Positions 1 through 9,492 of a stretch of 31,525 nt of DNA are shown here, piece after piece. The stretch comes from a virus. Taxonomy: Duplodnaviria > Caudoviricetes. Position 1 is the first letter of the stretch, and each line of letters begins with the position of its first letter. The translations under genes and the position numbers were made by a program. Location of the stretch: positions 1 through 31,525 of IMG/VR virus record IMGVR_UViG_3300030433_000076. The stretch is one strand, 5' to 3'. Under the pieces are notes generated by a model, which was not told the origin of the DNA, searched no databases, and was given only the letters and a program-made list of their open reading frames with translations.

Positions 1-13
1 GGTCATCCAACGG
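1..13. repeat. Left copy of 13-bp terminal direct repeat (candidate cos cohesive end)
   Basis: GGTCATCCAACGG at 1-13 is identical to 31513-31525 and lies 82 bp upstream of terS. Confidence 0.9.
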
Positions 14-46
14 CTTAGAAATAATCTAGCGTGGAGTTTAGGTAGG

Positions 47-198
47 GGTTTACAAGTTTACTATAATAAAAACAACTGGTTTACAAATTACGAGTATGCT
101 TATAACAATGTCAGAGTTGGCAAAGCTGAAAAACGTGTCTAGGATGGCTGTTTCAAAGAAAGTTAAGTCTGGTAAACTTGATGGTGCGATTGTAAACC
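47..198. promoter_or_regulatory. cosB-like repeats GGTTTACAA (two direct, one inverted) plus a TATAAT box
   Basis: GGTTTACAA at 47-55 and 78-86; reverse complement TTGTAAACC at 190-198; TATAAT at 62-67. Confidence 0.5.
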
Positions 199-593
199 AT
201 AATGGTAAAAAATTAGTAAACAAAGAAGAAGCGTTTAGATTATGGGAACTACAAGCACCACCTAGCAGGGATAAAAGTGTAAGAACACAATTAAAAAAAG
301 AAATAAATAGTTTACCTGCTAATTCCATACCAGATTTTGCAGAAAGTAAAGCTAAAAGAGAATTTTATTTAGCAGAACTAGCAAAGTTAGATGTAGAGGA
401 AAAGAAAAAACAATTAGTTAGTGTTGATGAGATAAAAAAAAGCAGTTTTGCCAAAGCAAGAGCTATGAGAGAAGCATTTACTAACTTAGCTGACAGATTA
501 AGTCATCAGTTAGCAGGTGAGGATGATGCAACTGTTATACATAATTTATTATCTGCTGAACATAGAGAAGCATTAGAGAATTTAGCACAATGA
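96..593 (+). CDS. terS: Terminase small subunit (Nu1-like)
   Basis: N-terminal HTH-like ITMSELAKLKNVSRMAVSKK, coiled-coil ESKAKREFYLAELAKLDVEEKKKQLV; ATGA overlap with terL. Confidence 0.88.
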   Translation: MLITMSELAKLKNVSRMAVSKKVKSGKLDGAIVNHNGKKLVNKEEAFRLWELQAPPSRDKSVRTQLKKEINSLPANSIPDFAESKAKREFYLAELAKLDVEEKKKQLVSVDEIKKSSFAKARAMREAFTNLADRLSHQLAGEDDATVIHNLLSAEHREALENLAQ

Positions 594-2455
594 ACGCATG
601 GGAAGAAGGGTTTATAGCAGGTCTAAAACCAGAAAAACCACTATCTGTTAGTGAATGGTCAGATACTTATAGAATCCTGTCTAGTAAGGCTAGTAGTGAA
701 CCTGGTAAATGGAGAACAAGTAGAACACCATATTTAAAAGAGCCTATGGATTGTTTAGGTACACAAAGTCCTATACAACGTGTGGTCTTAATGTTCGCAG
801 CACAAACAGGCAAGACAGAGGCACAAAACTGTTGGCTAGGTTATGTAATAGACCATGCACCAGCACCTATGTTACTTGTACAACCTACTGTGGAAATGGG
901 TAAGAGATTAAGTAAGCAGAGATTAGAAAGTATGATAAATGATACACCTTGTCTTAATGAAAAGATTGCACCAGCAAGAACAAGAGATAGCGGTAATACA
1001 TTATTTAGTAAAGAGTTCCCTGGTGGCATGATGCTTATTACAGGAGCAAATTCAGCAACAGGACTAAGATCAACACCATGCCGTTATATAAGTTGTGATG
1101 AAGTAGATGCGTTTCCGTCAGATGCGTCAGGTGAAGGTGATCCTGTAGCACTTGCGGAAAAGAGGGCAACAACATTCAGTACTAGAAAAAAAGTATTACT
1201 TACATCTACACCTACTATTAAGGACTTTTCAAGAATAGAGTCAGAATATTTAGCAAGTGACCAAAGACTATATTATGTACCTTGTCCTATTTGTGGAGAG
1301 TATCAAGATTTACGCTGGAAACAATTACAGAAAGAAGATGTGAATAATATTAAATATAAATGTATACATTGTGAAGGTTTATTTGATGAAAGTCATAAAA
1401 CAAAAATGCTTAGAAAGGGAGAATGGAGGGCTAACAAAAATGGTGATGGTATTACAGCAGGTTTTAGGTTAAATGGTTTGTATAGTCCATTAGGCTGGTT
1501 TAGTTGGAAAGAGGCAGTAATGGAATTCAATAAGGCAAAAGGTGATGCACCATTAATAAAAACATTTGTTAATACACGTTTAGCAGAAACATTTGAAACA
1601 GATTATGTAAGTGCTATGAGTGCAGAAGGATTATTAAAAAGATGTGAAAGTTATGAACAGGCTACTTGTCCAGAAGGTGTTTTATTTATTACGCAGGGTG
1701 TTGATTGTCAGATAGACAGATTAGAAGTTAGTACTTGGGGTTGGGGTCGGGATGAAGAATCATTTTTAATAGACCATGTACAGCTATGGGGTGATCCACA
1801 TCAGGCAGAAGTATGGAAACAATTAGAGATAGTAATAAATCAACAATATGAACATGAGAATGGTAAAGGGTTAGTACCTGTTATTACTGCTATTGACTCA
1901 GGTGGTTTACATACTTCAGAGGTATATCAGTTTGCTAGAGAAAAAGTAGCACAGGGTGTTATTGCAATCAAAGGTCAATCACAGGCAAATAAACCTGCTA
2001 TTGGTAGACCTACAAGAGTAGATATTAATTTTAGAAAAAGAAATAAAGCTGTAAAAAAAGGTGGTTTAGTATATCCGTTAGGAGTAGATACTATAAAAAA
2101 TACATTAATGGGCAGGTTGAAGAATAATAAAATAGGAAGTGCTGGTTATATACATTTTCATGCAAGTACAAGTGAAGAATATTTTAAACAGATAACAGCA
2201 GAAAGACAAATACTAAAAACAAATAAATCAGGTTTTCAAATTCCACAATGGGTTAAAAAAGGTAATACAAGAAATGAATGTTTAGATACTTGGGTATACA
2301 GTTATGCAGCAATGTGTTTTTATATAAGTAAATTTAATAGAAATACAGTGTGGAATCAATTAGAAAATAAATTAAATAACGCTGATAATGTAGTTAGACC
2401 TAAAAGAGCTACAATAAGAACAGCACCTAAAAAAGATTTTGTTAATTCTTGGTGA
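590..2455 (+). CDS. terL: Terminase large subunit, lambda GpA family
   Basis: 621 aa; Walker A AAQTGKTE, Walker B YISCDEVD, TSTPT motif, CPICG/CIHC pair, nuclease GVDCQ and RNECLD. Confidence 0.97.
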   Translation: MNAWEEGFIAGLKPEKPLSVSEWSDTYRILSSKASSEPGKWRTSRTPYLKEPMDCLGTQSPIQRVVLMFAAQTGKTEAQNCWLGYVIDHAPAPMLLVQPTVEMGKRLSKQRLESMINDTPCLNEKIAPARTRDSGNTLFSKEFPGGMMLITGANSATGLRSTPCRYISCDEVDAFPSDASGEGDPVALAEKRATTFSTRKKVLLTSTPTIKDFSRIESEYLASDQRLYYVPCPICGEYQDLRWKQLQKEDVNNIKYKCIHCEGLFDESHKTKMLRKGEWRANKNGDGITAGFRLNGLYSPLGWFSWKEAVMEFNKAKGDAPLIKTFVNTRLAETFETDYVSAMSAEGLLKRCESYEQATCPEGVLFITQGVDCQIDRLEVSTWGWGRDEESFLIDHVQLWGDPHQAEVWKQLEIVINQQYEHENGKGLVPVITAIDSGGLHTSEVYQFAREKVAQGVIAIKGQSQANKPAIGRPTRVDINFRKRNKAVKKGGLVYPLGVDTIKNTLMGRLKNNKIGSAGYIHFHASTSEEYFKQITAERQILKTNKSGFQIPQWVKKGNTRNECLDTWVYSYAAMCFYISKFNRNTVWNQLENKLNNADNVVRPKRATIRTAPKKDFVNSW

Positions 2456-2460
2456 ACTAA

Positions 2461-3042
2461 ATGTTTAAATCTGACTTGCCTAGTATTATTGTTGCTGGTA
2501 CTACTATTGAATGGGTAGATGAAGCTACTACTGCTGGAATAAATGAAACTATAAGTAGTCCTGATTGGACATTAGAATATTATTTAAGAACTAATACAGC
2601 AAGTGAAGGACATACTGTTACTGGTACTCAATATGCAAATAGTACTGGATGGCAATTTACTATTAGCTCTACTGATTCTGCTAATTTTGATGCTGGTAAC
2701 TGGTTCTGGGCTGCAAGAGCATTTAAAAGCGGTAAAGTTTTTGAAATAGGTACAGGAGAGCTAGAGGTAAAACAATCATTACAATATTCTGGTACACCTG
2801 CTGCAATAGACAATAGAACACAAACAGAAAAAGATTTAGATGCTGTTACTGCTTGTATTAGAGCAATAATAGAAGATAAGGCACAAGAATACAGCATTGG
2901 TAATAGAACTTTTAAAAGAGTAGATATTAAGGAACTAAGAGCTAGAGAAGCAGAATTAAAAAGTAGAGTTGCTAGTGAAAAGAGGTATAGTTACATTAGT
3001 CAGGGTTTAGGTGACCCTAAAAACCTTTATGTACGCTTTTAG
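2461..3042 (+). CDS. Head completion protein (gpW-like C-terminus) with N-terminal extension
   Basis: Lies between terL and portal; C-terminal QEYSIGNRTFKRVDIKELRAREAELK matches the gpW-like pattern. Confidence 0.65.
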   Translation: MFKSDLPSIIVAGTTIEWVDEATTAGINETISSPDWTLEYYLRTNTASEGHTVTGTQYANSTGWQFTISSTDSANFDAGNWFWAARAFKSGKVFEIGTGELEVKQSLQYSGTPAAIDNRTQTEKDLDAVTACIRAIIEDKAQEYSIGNRTFKRVDIKELRAREAELKSRVASEKRYSYISQGLGDPKNLYVRF

Positions 3043-3051
3043 GAGAGTTAA

Positions 3052-4635
3052 ATGGGCTTAAGAAACGCTTGGAAGGGCTTATTTACATCTAATAATGACT
3101 TAAATAGCCGTAGAAATAGGTTAAAAAGAATGTATGCAGGTGCAAAAGTAGATAGAACTAACCTTAGTTGGATTACACCACTATCATCACCAGATCAAAG
3201 TTATAAAAATTCTATAGAAACTCTAAGAAAACGTGTACATGATTTAGTACGTAATAATAATTATGCAGCACAGGCAGTTAGATATGCAACTAATCAAGTA
3301 GTTGGACAGGGTGTAACTTTACAGGCACAGATTAAAAGTCAAAGAGGCGGTACACCTAATACTAGATTAAATGAGTCTATAGAGAGTGAATGGAGTAAAT
3401 GGGGTAGAAAAGATAGCTGTGATATACGTGGCGTTTTATGTTTTTCTGAACTTGAAAGACTTGCAGTAAGATCAATGATAGAAAGCGGTGAATGTTTTAT
3501 TATCATACATAGAAAAGCATATGGTAGAAGTAAAATCCCTTTTTCATTAGAAATATTAGAGGCAGAACAATTAGATGCTGATTATAAAGGTGTTAAAAAA
3601 AATAATAAAAATGTATGGAGGTTAGGTATAGAGATAAGTCCAGAAGGTAGGGCTGTAAGTTATGCGTTTTTAAAGAAACATCCTGGTGATACTACATTTG
3701 AAACACCTGTTAGAGATAGAAGGCATATTATTGTACCTGCAAAAGATGTAATACATTTATTTATGCCACTAAGACCAGGACAACATAGAGGCGTACCTTT
3801 TTTAGCAAGTGCAATAAACCATTTACATCAGTTAGATGGATATATAGAAGCAACTGTTGTAGGTCAACGTGCAAGTTCTGCACTAATGGGATTTATTACA
3901 AGTCCAGAAGGTGAATTAGATGCTGGTGGTGAGGTATTTGATTATGAACGTGTAAGTGGATTTGAACCTGGTACTTTTAAATATTTAGCACCTGGTGAAT
4001 CAATATCTGTACCTGATTTAGATAAAGCTAATGGTGAATTTGAACCTTTTGTTAGGGCAATGCTTAGAAGTATGGCTAGTGGTCTTGGATGTAGTTTTGA
4101 GGCTATAAGTTCTGACTATTCACAATCTAATTACAGTAGTAGCAGATTAGCAATGATGCAAGACAGAGATCATTGGAGAACAATACAAAAAATGTTGAAG
4201 GAAACTTTTTACCAGCCTATATATGAATACTGGTTAGAAATGGCTGTATTAAGTAATACATTAACATTGCCTACATATTCAACAACACCAGAAGTATATG
4301 AAAAAGTTAGATGGGTATGTAGAGGATATAGCTATGTAGATCCACAAAAAGAAGTAGCAGCTATGAAAGATGCGGTAAGGTGTGGATTTAAAACATTAAC
4401 AGATGTTGTTAGTGAAAATGGTGGAGATATAGAAGAACTGCTGATTGCTAGACAGACAGAACTAGCAAAACTAGATGAAATGAATATCATTACTGATAGT
4501 GACCCATCAGCTACAAATAAATCTGGTGGTAGTCAATACAAACCTATAAATACTGTAGATCCATTTGGTGATACAGATGCACCTACAGGTGAGGATGCGG
4601 AAAACGTAGCGGATGGTTCAGATGGCAGTTATTAA
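3052..4635 (+). CDS. Portal protein, lambda family
   Basis: 527 aa; RVHDLVRNNNYA, RPGQHRGVP, ISSDYSQSNYSSSR, YVDPQKE motifs. Confidence 0.96.
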   Translation: MGLRNAWKGLFTSNNDLNSRRNRLKRMYAGAKVDRTNLSWITPLSSPDQSYKNSIETLRKRVHDLVRNNNYAAQAVRYATNQVVGQGVTLQAQIKSQRGGTPNTRLNESIESEWSKWGRKDSCDIRGVLCFSELERLAVRSMIESGECFIIIHRKAYGRSKIPFSLEILEAEQLDADYKGVKKNNKNVWRLGIEISPEGRAVSYAFLKKHPGDTTFETPVRDRRHIIVPAKDVIHLFMPLRPGQHRGVPFLASAINHLHQLDGYIEATVVGQRASSALMGFITSPEGELDAGGEVFDYERVSGFEPGTFKYLAPGESISVPDLDKANGEFEPFVRAMLRSMASGLGCSFEAISSDYSQSNYSSSRLAMMQDRDHWRTIQKMLKETFYQPIYEYWLEMAVLSNTLTLPTYSTTPEVYEKVRWVCRGYSYVDPQKEVAAMKDAVRCGFKTLTDVVSENGGDIEELLIARQTELAKLDEMNIITDSDPSATNKSGGSQYKPINTVDPFGDTDAPTGEDAENVADGSDGSY

Positions 4636-7198
4636 TGGCACAGAAATAGACCTTATGCCTACAGCAGGTATGAGGGAAGAAGCACAAAGGTATAGAGATT
4701 GGAAATCAGAGGGTGAAGGTGGTGGTACAGAAGTAGCACGTAGAAGGGCAACACAAATATTAAGTGGGAATGAATTAAGTCCAGATGTTGTAATACAAAT
4801 GTCAGCATGGTTTGCAAGACATTCTGTAGACAAAGAAGCAGAAGGATTTAGACCTGGTGAAGATGGATACCCTAGTAATGGCAGAGTGGCGTGGGCTGCT
4901 TGGGGTGGTGATGCAGGTAAAAGTTTTTCTGATGCAAAATCAGCTAGAATAAAAGAATTAAGAAACAATGACGCTATGCCTAAAACAAAACGTACAGCAA
5001 AACGTGCAGAACCAGATGAACTATCTGTAGGTGATTCAGTTAGATGGAACGCAAGTGGCGGTACTGCAAGAGGTGTTATAGATTCTATTGAACGTGATGG
5101 AACTATAAATGTACCTGATTCTAGTTTTGAAATTACGGGTACAGAAGATGACCCTGCTGCATTAATTACTGTCTATAGAGAAAATGATGGTGAATATGAA
5201 GCAACAGATGTAAAGGTAGGTCATAAGTTCAGTACATTAACTAAGATAAATTCATTAAGAAGTGTTACAAAAGTTTTAAAACGTAGTGGAGAAACATCTT
5301 TTTCTGAAAAAGAAGAAAACACATATGAATTTAGTTTTTCTAGTACATACCCTGTAGAAAGATCATTTGGTACTGAAATACTAAGCCATGACGAGGGTGC
5401 TATAGATTTTGGAAGGCTAAATGGTGGGGTAGCACCAGTATTATGGAATCATAATATGGATTCTGTTATAGGAATTGTTCGTAACGCATATCTTGATAAG
5501 GAAAAGAAAAAAGGGAGGGCAGTTGTTGAATTAAGCAGAAATGCAAAGGCACAGGAAGTAAAAAGAGATATAGATGACGGCATTTTAAGTGCAATTAGCG
5601 TAGGATACCGCATTTTAGAAATGGAAGAACGTGAAATAGATGGAAGTAACGCATTTTTAGCTACAAGATGGGAGCCACATGAAGTATCTGTAGTTGCATC
5701 ACCTGCCGCACCAGATGTAGGCATATCTAGAGGATTAATTGATGAAAACACTATGCCTAGTGTTGAAAAACAAGATATGATAGACAGTAAGCGTGTATAC
5801 GCAGCGTCTACTGACGCACAACAGCCCAATTCTAAAAAACAATCAACTATGGAAAAAGAGCAACTTGATCTAGAAGTTGTGCGTAGTGAAGCTACTAAAA
5901 AAGCTGCTTCCGCAGAACGCACAAGAATTAGAGAAATCAACACAATGTGTTCTAAGCGTGGTTTTGATGACCTAGCAGAACAGTTAATTAACAATGGTTC
6001 TTCTGTAGATTCATGCAGAGCAGCTATCTTAGAAAGATTAGATGCAAAGCCTGTAGAAACAGCAAAGCCTATTGAAGAGCAGCTTTCACCAAAAGAAAGA
6101 GAGCAGTATGCAAGAGACTACAAAATTACATCTGGTATCAGAGGTCTTTTAACAAATGATTGGTCAGATAAAGCATCTGGTTTTGCTAGAGAAATTTCAC
6201 AGCAGATAGCAAAAGATTCACAAAGATCTAATAGCTCATCTTCTTTGTTTATTCCTTATAGCTCATTAGCAAAAAGAGCTACATATGTAACTACTGGTGC
6301 AACAACTGGTGGAAATATCGTAGCAACAGATTTACTTGCTGATGACTTTATTGAGGCACTAAGAAACAGCACAGTAATGGTTGGTTTAGGTGTACAAACA
6401 TTATCAGGTTTAGTTGGTGATGTTGCTATTCCTAGAAGATCAGGTGTTGCATCTACTGGCTATCTTGCTAATGAAACTACTGCACTATCACAGGCAGAAA
6501 GTACATTTGATCAAATTTCAATGACACCTAAGACTTTAGGCACATTATCTAAGTTTTCTAGAAATATGCTTATTCAGTCAACACCAGGTATTGAGGATCT
6601 AGTAAGAACTGATATTCTTGATGGTATCAATGTTGGTCTTGATCTAGGTATCTTAAATGGTTCTGGTTCATCTGGTCAGCCTACAGGTATCATGCAAACA
6701 TCTGGTATTGGTTCTGTTGCAATCGGTACTAATGGTGGTGCTATCACAGTTGATAAGCTGATTGATCTAGAAACTGCAATCATGGAAGATAATGCAGGTG
6801 TTAACGCTGATTCTATTTCTTATGTAACCAACGCTAAGGTGATGGGTGCAATTAAGAAACTTAAAACATCTGGCGGTGAGTATCTAGTTAACAACAACTT
6901 ACAGGCATTAGGTAGAGGTGCTACACCTGTTGCTGTTAATGGTTATCCTTTAGCAATGACAAACCAAGTACCAAGCAACCTAACTAAAGGTTCAACATCT
7001 GGTACTTGTTCTGCTGTTGTTATGGGTGACTTTAGCCAAGCAATTTTAGGTCTATATGGATCTGGTATTGAAATTACAGCAGGTGAAGATTCTGATGATT
7101 TCGCTAAGAATCTTGTAAGTATCAAGGGTGTAGTTGCATTTGATGTTGCTGTTAGACACGCACAATCATTTGCTGCAATCTTAGACGTAACCACATAA
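4622..7198 (+). CDS. Fusion of two accessory domains, HK97-type prohead protease and HK97-fold major capsid protein
   Basis: Protease motifs PVLWNHN, ISVGYRI, WEPHEVSVVASPA; capsid motifs FIEALRN, MTPKTLG, LNGSGSSGQPTGI, MGDFSQ, FDVAVRHAQSF; start is 4613 or 4622. Confidence 0.93.
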   Translation: MAVINGTEIDLMPTAGMREEAQRYRDWKSEGEGGGTEVARRRATQILSGNELSPDVVIQMSAWFARHSVDKEAEGFRPGEDGYPSNGRVAWAAWGGDAGKSFSDAKSARIKELRNNDAMPKTKRTAKRAEPDELSVGDSVRWNASGGTARGVIDSIERDGTINVPDSSFEITGTEDDPAALITVYRENDGEYEATDVKVGHKFSTLTKINSLRSVTKVLKRSGETSFSEKEENTYEFSFSSTYPVERSFGTEILSHDEGAIDFGRLNGGVAPVLWNHNMDSVIGIVRNAYLDKEKKKGRAVVELSRNAKAQEVKRDIDDGILSAISVGYRILEMEEREIDGSNAFLATRWEPHEVSVVASPAAPDVGISRGLIDENTMPSVEKQDMIDSKRVYAASTDAQQPNSKKQSTMEKEQLDLEVVRSEATKKAASAERTRIREINTMCSKRGFDDLAEQLINNGSSVDSCRAAILERLDAKPVETAKPIEEQLSPKEREQYARDYKITSGIRGLLTNDWSDKASGFAREISQQIAKDSQRSNSSSSLFIPYSSLAKRATYVTTGATTGGNIVATDLLADDFIEALRNSTVMVGLGVQTLSGLVGDVAIPRRSGVASTGYLANETTALSQAESTFDQISMTPKTLGTLSKFSRNMLIQSTPGIEDLVRTDILDGINVGLDLGILNGSGSSGQPTGIMQTSGIGSVAIGTNGGAITVDKLIDLETAIMEDNAGVNADSISYVTNAKVMGAIKKLKTSGGEYLVNNNLQALGRGATPVAVNGYPLAMTNQVPSNLTKGSTSGTCSAVVMGDFSQAILGLYGSGIEITAGEDSDDFAKNLVSIKGVVAFDVAVRHAQSFAAILDVTT

Positions 7199-7212
7199 TT
7201 GGTTTACTATAT

Positions 7213-7238
7213 GGGGTAGTTATCTACCCCTTTTTTTT
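7213..7238 (+). terminator. Rho-independent terminator after the capsid gene
   Basis: Stem GGGGTAG/CTACCCC with TTAT loop, followed by T8. Confidence 0.85.
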
Positions 7239-7418
7239 ATGAAAATCAAGTGTTTAAAAAATGTATGTGCTAGTGGAGTTGGTTTAGAAACTGGCAAAAC
7301 TTATGATTTATCTAGTGCAGATGCTTCTTTTCTTATCAGTATTGGTAAAGCAGAAGAATATAAAGAAACAGCAAAACCAAAAAAAACAGTAGCATCTAAA
7401 TCTAATGCAAATAAGTGA
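7239..7418 (+). CDS. Small head-associated protein (59 aa, absent from ORF track)
   Basis: Hand translation MKIKCLKNVCASG...ADASFLISIGKAEEYK...; occupies the usual post-capsid slot and overlaps the next start. Confidence 0.7.
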   Translation: MKIKCLKNVCASGVGLETGKTYDLSSADASFLISIGKAEEYKETAKPKKTVASKSNANK

Positions 7419-7683
7419 AGATCAAACAGTATATTTAGATGATTTTGGTGTTAGTTGTACATCAGGTGGTACTACTGCAAAAGGAATATTAGAACAACCT
7501 GATTTAGTTTTAGCTGGTAACCAGATTATAAGTACTGATTATCAACTTACTGCAAGAGTTAGTGACTTTGGTAGCTTAGTTGCAGGTGCATCTATTACTG
7601 TTGATTCTGTTGCATATACAGTTAGAGAAGTTAGAAAGTTAGATGATGGTGCATTTTGTGAAATTGCAATACAGAAAACATGA
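7405..7683 (+). CDS. Head-tail joining protein (gpFII-like)
   Basis: 92 aa beta-rich protein with ITVDSVAYTVREVRKLDDG; position in head-tail module. Confidence 0.75.
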   Translation: MQISEDQTVYLDDFGVSCTSGGTTAKGILEQPDLVLAGNQIISTDYQLTARVSDFGSLVAGASITVDSVAYTVREVRKLDDGAFCEIAIQKT

Positions 7684-8105
7684 CTACTAAACGTGAACAG
7701 ATCATGGCAAGGTTACTTACAACACTTGCTAATACAACCGGAGTTAGTACAAGGATTTATAGAAGTAGAGTAGTACCACTAACTAGAGGTGAATCACCTG
7801 CATTAGTATTAGAACCTGTTAGTGATACTGTTGAACAAAACACATCTTTACCTACACTTGACCATACATTAACAGTTAGAATAAGTGTGATAGTAAGAGG
7901 TGACGTGCCTGATAATGTGGCAGATGCAACTGTAGAAAGTTTGCATAGTAAAGTAATGGCAGATTTGACAGTAAATAATTTAGCAATTGATGTTCAACCA
8001 TCTGATACATCATTCGAATTATTAGACGCAGATCAACCAGGCGGTGTTATTGGTGTGGAATATATAGTGCGATATAGGACAGAAATAGACGATTTAACGC
8101 AATAG
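7680..8105 (+). CDS. Tail terminator (gpU-like)
   Basis: 141 aa acidic protein, RIYRSRVVPL..ESPALV, directly before the tail tube gene. Confidence 0.7.
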   Translation: MTTKREQIMARLLTTLANTTGVSTRIYRSRVVPLTRGESPALVLEPVSDTVEQNTSLPTLDHTLTVRISVIVRGDVPDNVADATVESLHSKVMADLTVNNLAIDVQPSDTSFELLDADQPGGVIGVEYIVRYRTEIDDLTQ

Positions 8106-8160
8106 ATGGTGTTTATTGCTAAAAACATATATTATATAAACATACTGATTAAACGTAACA

Positions 8161-9096
8161 ATGCCAAAGCTACACAGAAAAAGAAGCATACTAGCTAAAG
8201 CAGAATCGAGTTATGGTACAAACCCTAACCCTACAGGTAGTGCTAACTATTTACAGGTAATTGATTTGAATATAGAACCTGTAGTAAGTGATGAAGTGTC
8301 TAGAGATTTAATAAGGCCATACATGGGAAACTATGAAGTATTACTAGCAAATACAAGAGTTAATGTAACTTTTGATGTAGAAATGTCGGGGTCAGGTTCA
8401 GCAGGTACAGCACCAAAGTACGGCAGTATTTTAAAAGCGTGTGGACTTAGTGAAACAATAAGTGGTGGTAATACAGTTACTTATGCACCAGTTACAACCC
8501 CATCTGACAGTGTTACATTATTTGTTAATTATGATGGTGTAAGACAAATTGTAAAAGGATGTAGAGGCACATTTAGTATAAATTGTGAAGTAAATAATAT
8601 ACCTCGTATTTCATTTTCTCTAACTGGTTTATATACAGCAGCTACAGATGATGCTTTACCAACTGTTACAGTTAGCAATCAAGCAACACCACTTATATTC
8701 AAAAATGGAAGCACATCTAATTTTTCAATATTTGGTTTTGCAGCAGCATTACAATCATGGAATTTAGATTTTAATAATGAGGTTATATATAGAGAGTTAG
8801 TAGGTGGTACAAAAGAAGTTTTAATAACTGATCGTAGACCATCAGGAACAGCAGTTATAGAAAATCCTGCATTATCAGCACATAACTTTTTTACTGATGC
8901 AACTGGCACATCAACTGGCACAAACACTTGGTTACATGGAACTACAGCAGGTAATAAAGTTACTGTATCTTGTCCACAAACAGATTTAGGACAGCCTACT
9001 TATGAAGAATCAGATGGTATTACAATGTTAAATTTACCTTTTTATGCAACACCTACAGCATCAGCTAATAATGAATTTAGCTTAGTCTATACCTAA
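8161..9096 (+). CDS. Major tail tube protein
   Basis: 311 aa, Thr/Ser/Gly-rich, AKAESSYG N-terminus; precedes chaperones and tape measure. Confidence 0.85.
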   Translation: MPKLHRKRSILAKAESSYGTNPNPTGSANYLQVIDLNIEPVVSDEVSRDLIRPYMGNYEVLLANTRVNVTFDVEMSGSGSAGTAPKYGSILKACGLSETISGGNTVTYAPVTTPSDSVTLFVNYDGVRQIVKGCRGTFSINCEVNNIPRISFSLTGLYTAATDDALPTVTVSNQATPLIFKNGSTSNFSIFGFAAALQSWNLDFNNEVIYRELVGGTKEVLITDRRPSGTAVIENPALSAHNFFTDATGTSTGTNTWLHGTTAGNKVTVSCPQTDLGQPTYEESDGITMLNLPFYATPTASANNEFSLVYT

Positions 9097-9150
9097 AGTT
9101 GCATAGATTATAAATAGGGTTTACCCTAGTATGTATATACTTATTTTGTT

Positions 9151-9492
9151 ATGCCTTTTGTTATTGACCAGAAACCTACATTTAAATGGAAAGTAGTAGT
9201 AAAAATAAATAAAGATGGTGAAGTATCACAAGAAATATTTACAGCCCATTTTAAAAATATTTCACAATCTAGATTTAAAGAAATGATAAAAATGGTAGAA
9301 GATAAACAGATAGATGATATTGATGTAGCAAAAGAAGTATTACTAGGATGGGAAGATTTAGTTGATGGAGAAGGTCAGGAGGTGCCATTTAATAAAAGTA
9401 CACTTAATCAATTATTAGAAGTACGTGGTTTTGCTACTGCTGTAGGCGTTGCTTTTATGGAATCTAATGAAGAGATCTACGCAAAAAACTAG
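9151..9492 (+). CDS. Tail assembly chaperone (gpG-like)
   Basis: LLGWEDLVDGEGQEVPF motif; ends in slippery A AAA AAC TAG. Confidence 0.85.
   Translation: MPFVIDQKPTFKWKVVVKINKDGEVSQEIFTAHFKNISQSRFKEMIKMVEDKQIDDIDVAKEVLLGWEDLVDGEGQEVPFNKSTLNQLLEVRGFATAVGVAFMESNEEIYAKN
9483..9489 (+). other. -1 programmed ribosomal frameshift site (G/GT)
   Basis: A AAA AAC heptamer; the -1 frame reads K-L-A-E-A-G-E-Y-W-V-N and is continuous with the 9513-9812 ORF. Confidence 0.85.

Noticed and set aside
1-13. Terminal repeat as attL/attR of a prophage
   Set aside because: No integrase in the window, and the repeat sits at the canonical cos position before terS
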